A DNA stretch of 64,000 nt from Pristiophorus japonicus (taxonomy: Eukaryota). The DNA is taken from contig NC_091996.1 in the NCBI RefSeq assembly GCF_044704955.1, forward strand, positions 40,052,001 through 40,116,000. The letters run 5' to 3'. Under the pieces are notes generated by a model. That model had not been told where the DNA came from. It ran no database searches and was given only the letters and a program-made list of their open reading frames with translations. How positions within the stretch are numbered: the stretch's first letter is position 1; each line of letters begins with the position of its first letter. Positions 42,480 to 55,100 of this stretch are shown here, one piece after another. Made by a program: the position numbers and the translations under genes.

Positions 42480-45400
42480 GCTAGCCCAGATAAACTAGAA
42501 AATGTCAAAGACGACAGTTAATAAATAAAGGGAATGTTGAAGTCAATGGTCGGGTACAGACACAGTTAGTTCCACATATTAAGGAGCTGCAGTGAGAGCT
42601 GAAACTAACCGGATAAGCTAAAACAATTAGACTTCAAAAAGAGGCATTAGACGGAGGTCGGGCTAATAGCAGAAAAGGAAATCAAGTGGAGTATGAAGAA
42701 TGATGAGGGAAAATACAGATTAGAAAGTTTAAGATTGGATGTGAAGACTGGCAAGGAAAAAGTAACAGATGTTAAACACATAAAAGGTAGAAAACTAGCA
42801 AAAGAGAGCGTGCAGTGCAATTAAAGACGGACAAATAATATCTGAGGTTGAAGGAAGGGCAGATACTAAATGAGGACGTTGCCGTTGTTTGCACAGGAGT
42901 GGGATTGGTAGGAGTGAAAGGATACATGAGTGGGGGAGCGGTTAGAGGGTAACTATAGGAAACATGGAGCTGATAAAATGGGCGGATCTCAAAGTGGAAA
43001 GGCTCAGACGCTGAGAGAAGTCAGAGAGGAAATAGCAGAGGTTCGGACCACAATCTTTCAAACATCCTTAGATATGGAGGCTGTACCAGAGGACTGGAGG
43101 GTTGATCATCTGACCGATCATGTGACACCTGTGTTCAAAAAGGGAGAAACCACAGCACAGGCGGTTTAACGTCAGTGGCACGATAACTTATTGACCTTTA
43201 TCAGCCGAGGCATAGAATACAAGAGCAGGGAGGTGATGAACTACTTAGGCCGCAGCTAGAGTATTGCCTGCAGTTCTGGTCACATTACAGGAAAGATATA
43301 TTTGCACTCGAGAGGGTACAGAGGAGATTTACGAGGATGTTGCCAGGACTGGATAATTTTAGCTATGAGGAAAGATTGGATAGGCTAGGGTTGTTTTCTT
43401 TGGAACAGAGAAGGCTGAGGGGAGATCTTGTTGAGGTGTATAAAATTATGAGGGGCTCAGATAGAGTGGATAGGAAGGACCTATTCCCTTAGCAGAGGGG
43501 TCAAAACCAGGGACATAAAATAAGTAGAAGACACTAAAAACATCCCAATAGTGAATAATCAAGGGGCTATAGGGAGGGAAGAACTTAATACAATCACTAT
43601 CACTAATGAAGTAGTACTTGGTAAAATAATGGGACTATAGGTGCACAAGTCTCCTGGACCTGATGGCTTACATTCAAGGGTCTTAAAACAAGTGGCTGCA
43701 GAGGTTGTAATCTATCAATATTCCCTGGAATCTGGGGCGGTCCCAGCAGATTGGAAAACCGCAAATGTAACGGCCCTATTTAAAAAAGGAGGCAGACAGA
43801 AAGCAGGAAATTATAGACCAGTTAGCCTAACATCTGTCATTGGGAAAATGCTGGACTCCATTATTAAGGAAGCAGTAGCAGGACATTTGGAAAAGCATAA
43901 TACACTCAGAGTCAGCATGGTTTTATGAAAGGGAAATCATGTTTGACAAATTTGCTGCAGCTCGTTGAGGATGTAACGAGCAGAGTGGATAAGGGGGAAC
44001 CAGTAGATGTGGTGTATTTGGATTTCCAGAAGGCATTCGATAGGTGCCACATAAAAGGTTACTGCACAACGGGTTGGGGGTAATATATTAGCATGGATAG
44101 AGGATTGGCCAACTAACAGAAAACAGAGTCGGGATGAACGGCTCATTTTCCGGTTATCAAACAATAACTCGTGCCGCAGGGGCCTCAACTATTTACAATC
44201 TATATTAATGACTTGGATGAAGGGACCGAGTGTAATGTCGCCAAGTTTGCTGATGATACAAAGATGGATGGGAAAGCAAATTGTGAGGACACAATAAAAG
44301 TCTGCAAAGGGATATAGACAGACTAAGTGAGTGGGCAAAATTTGGCAGATGGAGTATAATGTGGCCTACTCCTGCACCTATTTAATAGGTGCAGGAGTAG
44401 GCCATTCAGCCCTTCGAGCCTGCACCACCATTCAATATGATCATGGCTGATCATGCAACTTCAGTACCCCATGATCCCTTTAGCCGTAAGGGCCACATCT
44501 AACTCCCTTTTGAATATATCCAATGAACTGGCCTCAACAACTTTCCGTGGTAGAGAATTCCACAGGTTCACAAATCTGAGTGAAGAAGTTTCTCCTCATC
44601 TCGGTCCTAAATGGCTTGCCCCTTAAAATATGAGGTTATCCACTTTGGCAGAAAAAATAGAAAACCAAATTATAATTTAAATGGAGAAAAATTGCAAAGT
44701 ACAGAGGGACCTGGGGGTCCTTGTGCATGAAACACAAATAGTGTGCAGGTACAAGAAGTAATCAGGAAGGCAAATGGAATGTTGGCCTTTATTGCAAGGG
44801 GGATAGAGTATAAAAGCAGAGAAGTCCTGCTACAACTGTACAGGGTATTGGTGTGGCCACACTTGGAGTACTACGTACAGTTTTGGTCTCCGTATTTAAG
44901 GAAGGATATATTTGCATTGGAGGCTGTTCAAAGAAGGTTCACTAGGTTGATTCCGGAGATGAGGGGGTTGACTTATAAAGATAGGTTGAGTAGGTTAGGC
45001 CTATACTCAATGGAGTTCAGAAGAATGAGAAATGATCTTATCGAAACATATAAGATAATGAGGGGGCTCAACAAGGTGGACGCAGAAAGGATATTTCCAC
45101 TCATAGGTGAAACTAAAACTAGGGGACATAGTCTTAGAATAAGGGGACAACAATTTAAAACTGAGATGAGGAGGAATTTCTTTTCTCAGAGGGTTGTAAA
45201 TCTGTGGAATTCTCTGCCCCAGAGAGCTGTGGAGTCTGGGTCATTGAATATATTTATTGCCTAGACAGATTTTTGAACGATCAGGGAGTAAAGGGTTATG
45301 GGGAGCGGGCAGGGAAGTGGAGCGGAGTCCATGATCAGATCAGCCATGATCTTATTAAATGGCGGAGCAGGCTCGAGGGGCCAGGTGGCCTACTCCTATT

Positions 45401-47340
45401 TCTTACGTTAGGGGATCTGAGGTGCAACTGCTTCACCCAGAGGGTGGTGGGGGTCTGGAACTCACTGCCTGAAAAGGGAGGTAGAGGCAGAAACCCTCAC
45501 CACATTTAAACAGTACTTGGATGTGCACTTGAAGTGCCGTAACCTATAGGGCTACAGACCAAGAGCTGGAAAGTGGGATTAGGCTGGATAGCTCTTTGTT
45601 GGCCAGCGTGGCCACGATGGGCTGAAATGGCCTGCTTCCGTGCTGTAAATTTCTATGATTCTAATTTCTAGCGACCAGAATACACGATAAAAATTAAACT
45701 CATTTAGAAAGACATGTTAATTAGGGACAGCCAGCACGGATTTATAAAAAGCAAGTCAGGTCTGACAAATCTAGTAAGAGTTCTTTAAGAAAATAGGGTG
45801 TATTTATAAAGGAAATGCAGTGGATGTTGTTTATATGGATTTTCAAAAGGCATTTGAGAAGGTGCCACATAGGAGGCCTGTTGATAAAATGAAGACATTT
45901 TATTAAAGGGAGTGTGGCAGCGTGGACAAGAAGTTTGTTAAAAGACAGAGACCAGATTAGTGATTAATGGCTGTTGTCAGACTGGAGGGATGTGAACAGT
46001 CGCGTCCCCCAGGTATCAGTGTGCGGACCTGAGGATCGGGCGGGAAAGTGAAGCTGAGGTCAAAAACCAGTTATGATCTTATTGAATGGCGGAGCAGGCT
46101 CGAGGGGCCATATGGCCATTAATTCTTATGACCATTGCTCTTCGCAATGTAGAGAAATGATCCGGACTTGGATCCTGGGCCACAGCATCAAGGTTTGCAG
46201 CTAACATGACAATATGGAGAATGGTTAACCGTGAAGTGGATTAGAAGTAACTTCAAGAGGGCATAAAATCCTGCAGATGCTGCAAACCTGAAATATAAGC
46301 AGCACTGAGGTCAAACAGCGTCTGTGGAGAGGGAGAAGGGAGGTGTTCACGTCTCAGGCCCATGACCCTAGGTCAGACAGTGCCTGTGGAGAGGGGGAAG
46401 GCCCCTGTAATCAGGGTTGGTGACTTTATTCGTGAGGAGGCAGGTGGGGAGATTTAATACTGGGAATTGTGCGGTGATACATTTTGGGAGGAAGGATACA
46501 GAGAAGAAATGGGCACAAAATGGTAAAACTTTAACAGCAGAGGAGCAGAGAATCTGAAGGTTTCAGATGCACAAATCTTTGCAAGTGGGAGGACAGTAGA
46601 TAAAGCTATTAAAAATATGCACACGGGACCCTGGGTTTTATAAATCGGGGCAGAGTACAAAAGCAAAGAGGGAGTGTTAAACGTGTGCAAATCATTGGTG
46701 AGGCCACAGTTCAAATAGTGTGTTCAGTTTTGGGCTCCTCACTAGGAATGTCATGGCCATGGAGAGGGTGCAGAAGAGATTCACTGACGATCCCACGCAC
46801 AAGAGGCTCTAGTTATAAGAGATTAGAGAAACTGGGGCTCTTTGATTAGAAGGTTAAGAGGAGATGTTAAAAAATTGTTCAAAAATCTGAGAGGTTTCAC
46901 TACGATAAATTAACTATTTTCACTGGTCAGCGATTAGCCGGCATAAATGTAAGATCATCGCCAAGAACTAAGGTAATCGAGGGTAATGGGGAGCAGCAGG
47001 GAAGTGGAGTTGAGGCCAAGATCAGATCAGCCATGATCTTAGTGAATGGCGGAGCAGACTCGAGGAACCAAATGGCCGACTCTTGCTCCTATTTTTTATG
47101 TATGTTCTTATCAATGTAGGGAGAGATCAGGAGATTGTGTGTTAGGACGTGGTATATCCGACCAAAAACAGGGAGCAGAAGCCACAATAGCTTTTAAAAG
47201 GGAAGTGAATAAATATTTAAAAAGAATCATTTTAAAGGATCTGGGGAAAGGGGCAAAGTGGTTCGCTCTCGAAGAGCCAGCCCCGGCCCTAGACCGAATG
47301 GCCTCCTTCCACACTGTAAAATTCCATGATTCTGTTCTAA
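42480..47340 (+). mobile_element. Cluster of nested CR1 LINE fragments of several ages
   Basis: ORFs 43641..43928 and 44743..45264; multiple CR1 3' tails (45410, 45660, 46130, 47110, 47335). Confidence 0.92.
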
Positions 47341-48144
47341 GCTTCCTGTTCCTGATCACTATCCCGCAAGAAAGCTGGCGTGTGTGGATGTGGGGTACGG
47401 ATAGGGAGGTTGTAGTCTGCTGTGCTCATCGCCTCATCTGGTGCTTGAAGAATGGTGATACAGGCGAAGTATTGGGAGCCAGTGAGGATCCAAGCAGCAG
47501 CAAGAGTCTGCATCTTCAGGAGAGGAGAGAAATGGGGGGAAAAAACACAACTTAATCCGTCTGAAAACCTGCCCTCTCGCAAACCCATCTGGGGATGCTG
47601 AGCTGGCAGCTGCTGCTGTTCTGTGTTACAAACACTGAACACTTACAACTCCTGTGACAGCTCTGCCGTCTAACCTAGCCCCCATCTTGCACAGAAACAC
47701 CCACATTCCTGCCTGTAACACCAAACAGACCCGAATCCCAAATGAAACCACAAAGTTGCTCAGAGATGAAGGAATTATTTCAACGTGTTGGATAATTCTT
47801 ACAGTGGAGACCAAGAAACACCAAATTGGCAGATTCCAATACTGCCCCTCCCAACCTGTGCCTGGGTCCTTCCGAAACACCGCATTATATTCCCCAAACA
47901 TCCCTCCCCACCCACCCCCGCGCCCCAAATATGCCAACTCTCGTCTGGCTACACCTCCGCGGGCGCTGGGCAGCCTCCGGGGCCCCAACATTCTCAGTCA
48001 CTACAAGCGGGTTATTTAACCGGGGGGGGGGGGGGGGGGGGGGAGCAGCACAGCCCAATCGTGCCCCAAATAATGGCAGCACCAGAGGGGCCCCCAGAGC
48101 CGGAGTGGGGTCAGAAGCCCAGAATGGTCCCCAACTCCCCAAAC

Positions 48145-48670
48145 CCCCACCCAACCAACCCTTCCCCCTCAACACCCCAAACCCACAACCAACCAACCCT
48201 TCCCCCTCAACACCCCAAACCCACAACCAATCAACCCTTCCCCCTCAACACCCCAAACCCACAACCAACCAACCCTTCCCCCTCAACACCCCAAACCCAC
48301 AACCAAACAACCCTTCCCCCTCAACACCCCAAACCCACAACCAACCAACCCTTCCCCCTCAACACCCCAAACCCACAACCAACCAACCCTTCCCCCTCAA
48401 CACCCCAAACCCACAACCAATCAACCCTTCCCCCTCAACACCCCAAACCCACAACCAACCAACCCTTCCCCCTCAACACCCCAAACCCACAACCAAACAA
48501 CCCTTCCCCCTCAACACCCCAAACCCACAACCAACCAACCCTTCCCCCTCAACACCCCAAACCCACAACCAACCAACCCTTCCCCCTCAACACCCCAAAC
48601 CCACAACCAACCAACCCTTCCCCCTCAACACCCCAAACCCACAACCAACCAACCCCTCCCCCCCCAAACC
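48145..48670. repeat. 38-bp C/A-rich minisatellite (caccccaaacccacaaccaaccaacccttccccctcaa), ~13 copies
   Basis: Period 38 (48211, 48249, ...). Confidence 0.97.
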
Positions 48671-48769
48671 AAAGGCACATTGAGGAGCCCAGACTGGCCC
48701 CCAAATGCCCCGCCCCCTTCCAACCTCTCCATCAATCCCTCCCCCACCCCACAACCCAGGGCACTGAGG

Positions 48770-49110
48770 CCAATTCCACCCCCAGCGCGCGGTGTGCCGG
48801 GCCGGGAGGGATCCCGGGGGTGCTGAGCTGGAAGCCGCCCGGCGACTCCGGTGAGCAGTAGACCCGAGCCCGGGGGCCGGGCACTGGATCGCGGCACAGG
48901 CCCCGCGGCCTCCCTCACCCCGGGCCGCCGCCGCCGCGCTCACCTGGTGCTGGGCCTGTATCCCCGGCCTCTCGCTTCCCGGGCCCCGCTCTCGGGCCTC
49001 TTTCTCCCCGCGCGGTTGCTGTGGCGGGAGCGCCGAGCCGCCAAACCCGGGCCCGGCAAGCGACAAGGAGCCGACAGGGCCAAGAGCAGCCCCGCGGCCG
49101 GACTCCCAGC
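48770..49110 (-). promoter_or_regulatory. CpG island / putative WDR5 promoter and first-exon region
   Basis: Very high GC and CpG density (e.g. gccgccgccgccgcgc) in unique sequence lying between two satellites. Confidence 0.65.
48944..49090 (-). other. WDR5: Probable non-coding exon 1 of WDR5 (5' end approximate)
   Basis: Strong donor CAG|GTGAGC at 48944/48943 inside a non-repetitive CpG-dense segment, 11.4 kb upstream of exon 2. The TSS cannot be determined from sequence alone. Confidence 0.65.
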
Positions 49111-52100
49111 ACAGCGCCCCCTCGCAACACAGCGCACGCTCCCGGGCCCTCCCGCTCCCGGCACAGCGCCCCCTCCCGGCACAGTGGGCCCTCTCGACAT
49201 AGCGCCCCTCCCGGGCCCTCCTGATGCAGCGCCTCCGCCCCCCCCCCCCACCGCCGACACAACGCCCCCTCCCGGGACCTCCCAGCACAGCGCCCCCTCC
49301 CGCAACCTCGCGGCACAGCGAACCTCCCGTGCCCTCCCGGCACAGCACCCTCTCCCGGCATAGCGCCCTCTCCCGGGCTCTCCCGGCACAACGCCCCCAT
49401 CCCAGGCCCTCCCGGCACAGCGTCCCCCCACGACACAGCGCCCCCTCTCGGGCCCTCCCGGCACAGCGCCCCCTCCCGGCACAGTGGGCCCTCTCGACAC
49501 AGCGCCCCCTCCCGGCACAGTGAGCCCTCCTGGCACAGCGCCCCTCCCGGGCCCTCCCGGTACTGCGCCCCCTCCCGGGCCCTCCCGCAACAGCGCCCCC
49601 TCCCGGGCCTTCCGGGCACAGCGCCTACTCCCGGCACAGCGCGCCTCCCGGGCCCCCCCTCCCTCGACACTGCGCCCCCTCCCAGCACAGCGCTCCCTCC
49701 CGGGACCTCCCGGCACAGCGACCCCTTCCCGGGCCCTCCCGGCACAGCGTCCCCTTCCCGGGCCCTCCCGGCACAGCGCCCCTTCCCGGGACCTCCCGGC
49801 ACAGCGACCTTTCCAGCACAGTGCCCCCTCCCGGCCCTCCCGGCACAGCGTCCCCTTCCCGGGCCCTCCCGGCACAGCGTCCCCTTCCCGGGCCATCCCG
49901 GCACAGCGGCCCCTCCCGGCACAGTGCCCCCTCCTGGGCCCTCCCGGCACAGCGTCCCCTCCCGGGACCTCCCGGCACAGCGACCCTCCCAGCACAGTGC
50001 CCCGTCCCGGGCCCTCCCGGCACAGCGTCCCCTTCCCGGGCCGTCCCAGCACAGCGGCCCTTCCCTGACCCTCCCGGCACAGTGCCCCCTCCTGGGCCCT
50101 CCCGGCACAGCGTCCCCCTCTTGTCACAGCCCCCCTTCCGGGCCCTCCTGGCACAGCACCCCCTCCCGGCACAGCGCCCCTTCCCGGGCCGTTCCAGCAC
50201 AGCACCCCCTCCCAGCACAGCGCCCCCTCCCGGGCCCTCCCGGCACAGCGTCCCCTTCCCGGGTCCTACCGGCACAGCGCCCCCTCCCAGGCCCTCCTGG
50301 CACACGCCCTCTCCCGAGCCCTCCTGGCACAGCGCCCCCTCCTGGGCCTCCCGGCACAGCGGTCCCTCCCGGCACAGCGCCCCCTCCTGGCACAGCGTCC
50401 CCTCCCAGGCCCTCCTGGCACATCGCCCCTCCCGGCACAGAGCCCCCTCCCTGGCCCTCCCGGCACAGAGCCCACTCCCTGGCCCTCCCGGCACAGCGCC
50501 CCTTCCTGGTACAGTGCCCCCTCCCGGCACAGCGGCCCCTCCCGGACCCTCCTGGCACAGCGCAACCTCCTGGCCCAGCGCCCCATCCCGGGCCCTCCTG
50601 GCATGGCACCCCTCCCGGCACAGCGCCCTTTCCTGGGCCTTCCTGGCACAGCGCCTCCTCCCAGCACAGCGCCCCTTCCCGGGCCCTCCTGGCACAGCGT
50701 CCCCTTCTGGCACAGCGCTCCCTCCCGGACCCTCCCGGCACAGCGTCCCTCCCAGACCCTCCCGGCACAGCGCTCATTCCCGGACCCTCTCGGCACAGCG
50801 TCCCCTTCCCGGGCCCTCCCGGCACAGCGTCCCCTTCCCAGGCCCTCCTCGCACAGCGCCCCCCCCAGACCCTCCCGGCACAGCACCCCCTCGTGGGCCC
50901 TCCCGGCACAGCACCCATTCTCGGCACAGCGCAATCTCCCGGCCCTTCTGGCACAGCGCCCCCTCCCGGCACAGAACCTCCTCCCGGCACAGCGTCCCCT
51001 CCAGGCGCTCCTGACACAGCGCCCCCTCCCGGCACAGCGGCCCTCCAGACACAGCGCCCCCTCCCGGCACAGCGCACCTTCCCGGGCCCTCCATGCACAG
51101 CGCCCCTCGCAGGCCTCCTGGCACAGCGCCCCCTCCCGGCCCTCCCGGCACAGCGTCCCCTTCCCGGGCCATCCCGGCACAGCGGCCCCTCCCGGGACCT
51201 CCCGGCACAGCGACCCTCCCAGCACAGTGCCCCGTCCCGGGCCCTCCCGGCACAGCGTCCCCTTCCTGGGCCGTCCCGGCACAGCGGCCCCTCCCTGACC
51301 CTCCCGGCACAGTGCCCCCTCCTGGGCCCTCCCGGCACAGCGTCCCCCTCTTGTCACAGCCCCCCTTCCGGGCCCTCCTGGCACAGCACCCCCTCCCGGC
51401 ACAGCGCCCCTTCCCGGGCTGTTCCAGCACAGCACCCCCTCCCGGCACAGCGCCCCCTCCCGGGCCCTCCCGGCACAGCGTCCCCTTCCCGGGTCCTACC
51501 GGCACAGCGCCCCCTCCCAGGCCCTCCTGGCACACGCCCTGTCCCGAGCCCTCCTGGCACAGCGCCCTCTCCTGGGCCTCCCGGCACAGCGGTCCCTCCC
51601 GGCACAGCGCCCCCTCCTGGCACAGCGTCCCCTCCCAGGCCCTCCTGGCACATCGCCCCTCCCGGCACAGAGCCCCCTCCCTGGCCCTCCCGGCACAGAG
51701 CCCACTCCCTGGCCCTCCCGGCACAGCGCCCCTTCCTGGTACAGTGCCCCCTCCTGGCACAGCGGCCCCTCCTGGACCCTCCTGGCACAGCGCAACCTCC
51801 TGGCCCAGCGCCCCATCCCGGGCCCTCCTGGCATGGCAACCCTCCCGGCACAGCGCCCTTTCCTGGGCCCTCCTGGCACAGCGCCTCCTCCCAGCACAGC
51901 GCCCCTTACAAGGCCCTCCTGGCACAGCGTCCCCTCCTGGCACAGCGCTCCCTCCCGGACCCTCCCGGCACAGCATCCCTCCCAGACCCTCCCGGCACAG
52001 CGCTCATTCCCGGACCCTCTCGGCACAGCGTCCCCTTCCCGGGCCCTCCCGGCACAGCGTCCCCTTCCCAGGCCCTCCTGGCAAAGCGCCCCCCCAGACC

Positions 52101-55100
52101 CTCCCGGCACAGCACCCCCTCGTGGGCCCTCCCGGCACAGCGCCCACTCTCGGCACAGCGCAATCTCCCAGCCCTTCTGGCACAGCGCCCCCTCCCGGCA
52201 CAGAACCTCCTCCCGGCACAGCGTCCCCTCCCGGCGCTCCTGACACAGCGCCCCCTCCCGGCACAGCGGCCATCCAGACACAGCGCCCCCTCCCGGCACA
52301 GCGCCCCTTCCCGGGCCCTCCATGCACAGCGCCCCCTCCTGGCACAGCGCCCCTCACAGGCCTCCTGGCACAGCGCTCCGTCCCGGGCCTTCCCGGCAGA
52401 GCGTCCACTTCCCGGGCCCTCCCGGCATAGCGCCCCCTCCCGGGCCCTCTCGACACAGCCCCCCATCCCGAGCCCTCCCAGCACAGCGCCCCTCCCAGGA
52501 CCTCCCAGCACAGCGGCCCTTCCCGGGTCCTCCCAGCACAGTGCCCCCTCCCGCAACCTCGAGGCACAGCGACCCTCCCGTGCCCTCCCGGCACAGCTCC
52601 CTCTCCCGGCATAACGCCCTCTCCCGGGCCCTTCCGGCACAGCGCCCCCCTCCCAGGCCCTCCCGGCACAGCGCCCCTCCCGGGCCCTCCCGGAACAGCG
52701 TCCCCCCGCCACACAGCGCCCCCTCTCGGGCCCTCCCGGCACAGCGCCCCCTCGCGACACAGCGCCCCCTCCCGGGCCCTCCCGGCACAGCGCCGCCTTC
52801 CGGGCCTTCCGGGCACAGCGCCCCCTCCCGGCACAGCGCGCCTCCCGGGCCCCCCCTCCCCCGACTCTGCGCCCCCTCCCAGCACAGCGCTCCCTCCCGG
52901 GCCCTCCCAGCACAGCGCCCCCTCCCGGCACAGCGACCCTTCCAGCACAGTGCCCCCTCCCGGCCCTCCCGGCACACCGTCCCCTTCCCGGGCCCTCCCG
53001 GCACAGCGTCCCCTTCCCGGGCCATCCCGGCACAGCGCCAACTCCCTGACCCTCCCGCCACAGTGCCCCCTCCTGGGCCCTCCCGGCACAGCATCCCCCA
53101 CCCGGCACAGCGCCCCTCCCGGCCCTCCTGACACAGCGCCCACTCCCAGGCACTCCCGGCCCACGCCCTCTCCCGAGCCCTACTGGCACAGCGTCCCCTC
53201 CTGGGCCCTCCCGGCACAGCGGTCCCTCCCGGCACAGTACCTCCTCCCGGCACATCGCCCCCTCCCAGCCATCCTGGCACAGCGCCCCCTCCCGGCACCG
53301 CACCTCCTCCTGGCACAGCGTCCCCTCCCAGGCCCTCCTGGCACAGCGCCCCTCCCGGGCCCTCCCGGCACAGAGCCCCCTCCCTGGCCCTCCCGGCACA
53401 GCGCCCGCTCCCGTACCCTCCCGGCACACTGTCCCCTCCCTCCCGGGTCCTCCCATCACAGTGTCAGTTCCCTCCCAGCACAGCGCCCCTCCCAGCACAG
53501 AGCCCCCTCCCTGGCCCTCCCGGCACAGAGCCCATTCCCTGGCCCTCCCGGCACAGCGCCCCTTCCTGGTACAGTGCCCCCTCCCGGCACAGCAGCCCGT
53601 CCCGGACCCTCCTGGCACACCGCAACCTCCTGGCCCAGCGCCCCATCCCGGGCCCTCCTGGCATGGCACCCCTCCCGGCACAGCGCCCTTTCCTGGGCCC
53701 TCCTGGCACAGCGCCTCCTCCCAGCACAGCGCCCCTTCCCGGGCCCTCCTGGCACAGCGTCCCCTCCTGGCACAGCGCTCCCTCCCGGACCCTCCCGGCA
53801 CAGCGTCCCTCCCAGACCCTCCCGGCACAGCGCTCATTCCCGGACCCTCTCGGCACAGCGTCCCCTTCCCGGGCCCTCCCGGCACAGCATCCCCTTCCCA
53901 GGCCCTCCCGGCACAGCGCCCCCCCCCGACCCTCCCGGCACAGCACCCCCTCGTGGGCCCTCCCGGCACAGCGCCCACTCTCGGCTCAGCGCAACCTCCC
54001 GGCCCTTCTGGCACAGCGCCCCCTCCCGGCACAGAACCTCCTCCCGGCACAGCGTCCCCTCCCGGCGCTCCTGACACAGCGCCCCCTCCCGGCACAGCGG
54101 CCCTCCAGACACAGCGCCCCCTCCCGGCACAGCGCCCCTTCCCGGGCCCTCCATGCACAGCGCCCCCTCCCGGCACAGCGCCCCTCGCAGGCCTCCTGGC
54201 ACAGCGCTCCGTCCCAGGCCTTCCCGGCAGAGCGTCCACTTCCCGGGCCCTCCCGGCATAGCGCCCCCTCCCGGGCCCTCTCGACACAGCCCCCCATCCC
54301 GAGCCCTCCCGGCACAGCGCCCCTCCCAGGACCTCTCAGCACAGCGCCCCTTCCCGGGTCCTCCCAGCACAGTGCCCCCTCCCGCAACCTCGAGGCACAG
54401 CGACCCTCCCGTGCCCTCCCGGCACAGCACCCTCTCCCGGCATAGCGCCCTCTCCCGGGCCCTTCCGGCACAGCGCCCCCCTCCCAGGCCCTCCCGGCAC
54501 AGCGCCCCTCCCGGGCCCTCCCGGAACAGCGTCCCCCCGCCACACAGCGCCCCCTCTCGGGCCCTCCCGGCACAGCGCCCCCTCGTGACACAGCGCCCCC
54601 TCCCGGGCCCTCCCGGCACAGCGCGCCTCCCGGGCCCCCCCTCCCCCGACTCTGCGCCCCCTCCCAGCACAGCGCTCCCTCCCGGGCCCTCCCAGCACAG
54701 CGCCCCCTCCCGGCACAGCGACCCTTCCAGCACAGTGCCCCCTCCCGGCCCTCCCGGCACACCGTCCCCTTCCCGGGCCCTCCCGGCACAGCGTACTCTT
54801 CCCGGGCCCTCCCGGCACAGCGTCCCCTTCCCGGGCCATCCCGGCACAGCGCCCACTCCCTGACCCTCCCGCCACAGTGCCCCCTCCTGAGCCCTCCCGG
54901 CACAGCATCCCCCACCCAGCACAGCGCCCCTCCCGGCCCTCCTGACACAGCGCCCACTCCCAGGCACTCCCGGCCCACGCCCTCTCCCGAGCCCTACTGG
55001 CACAGCGTCCCCTCCTGGGCCCTCCCGGCACAGCGGTCCCTCCCGGCACAGCACCTCCTCCCGGCACATCGCCCCCTCCCAGCCCTCCTGGCACAGCGCC

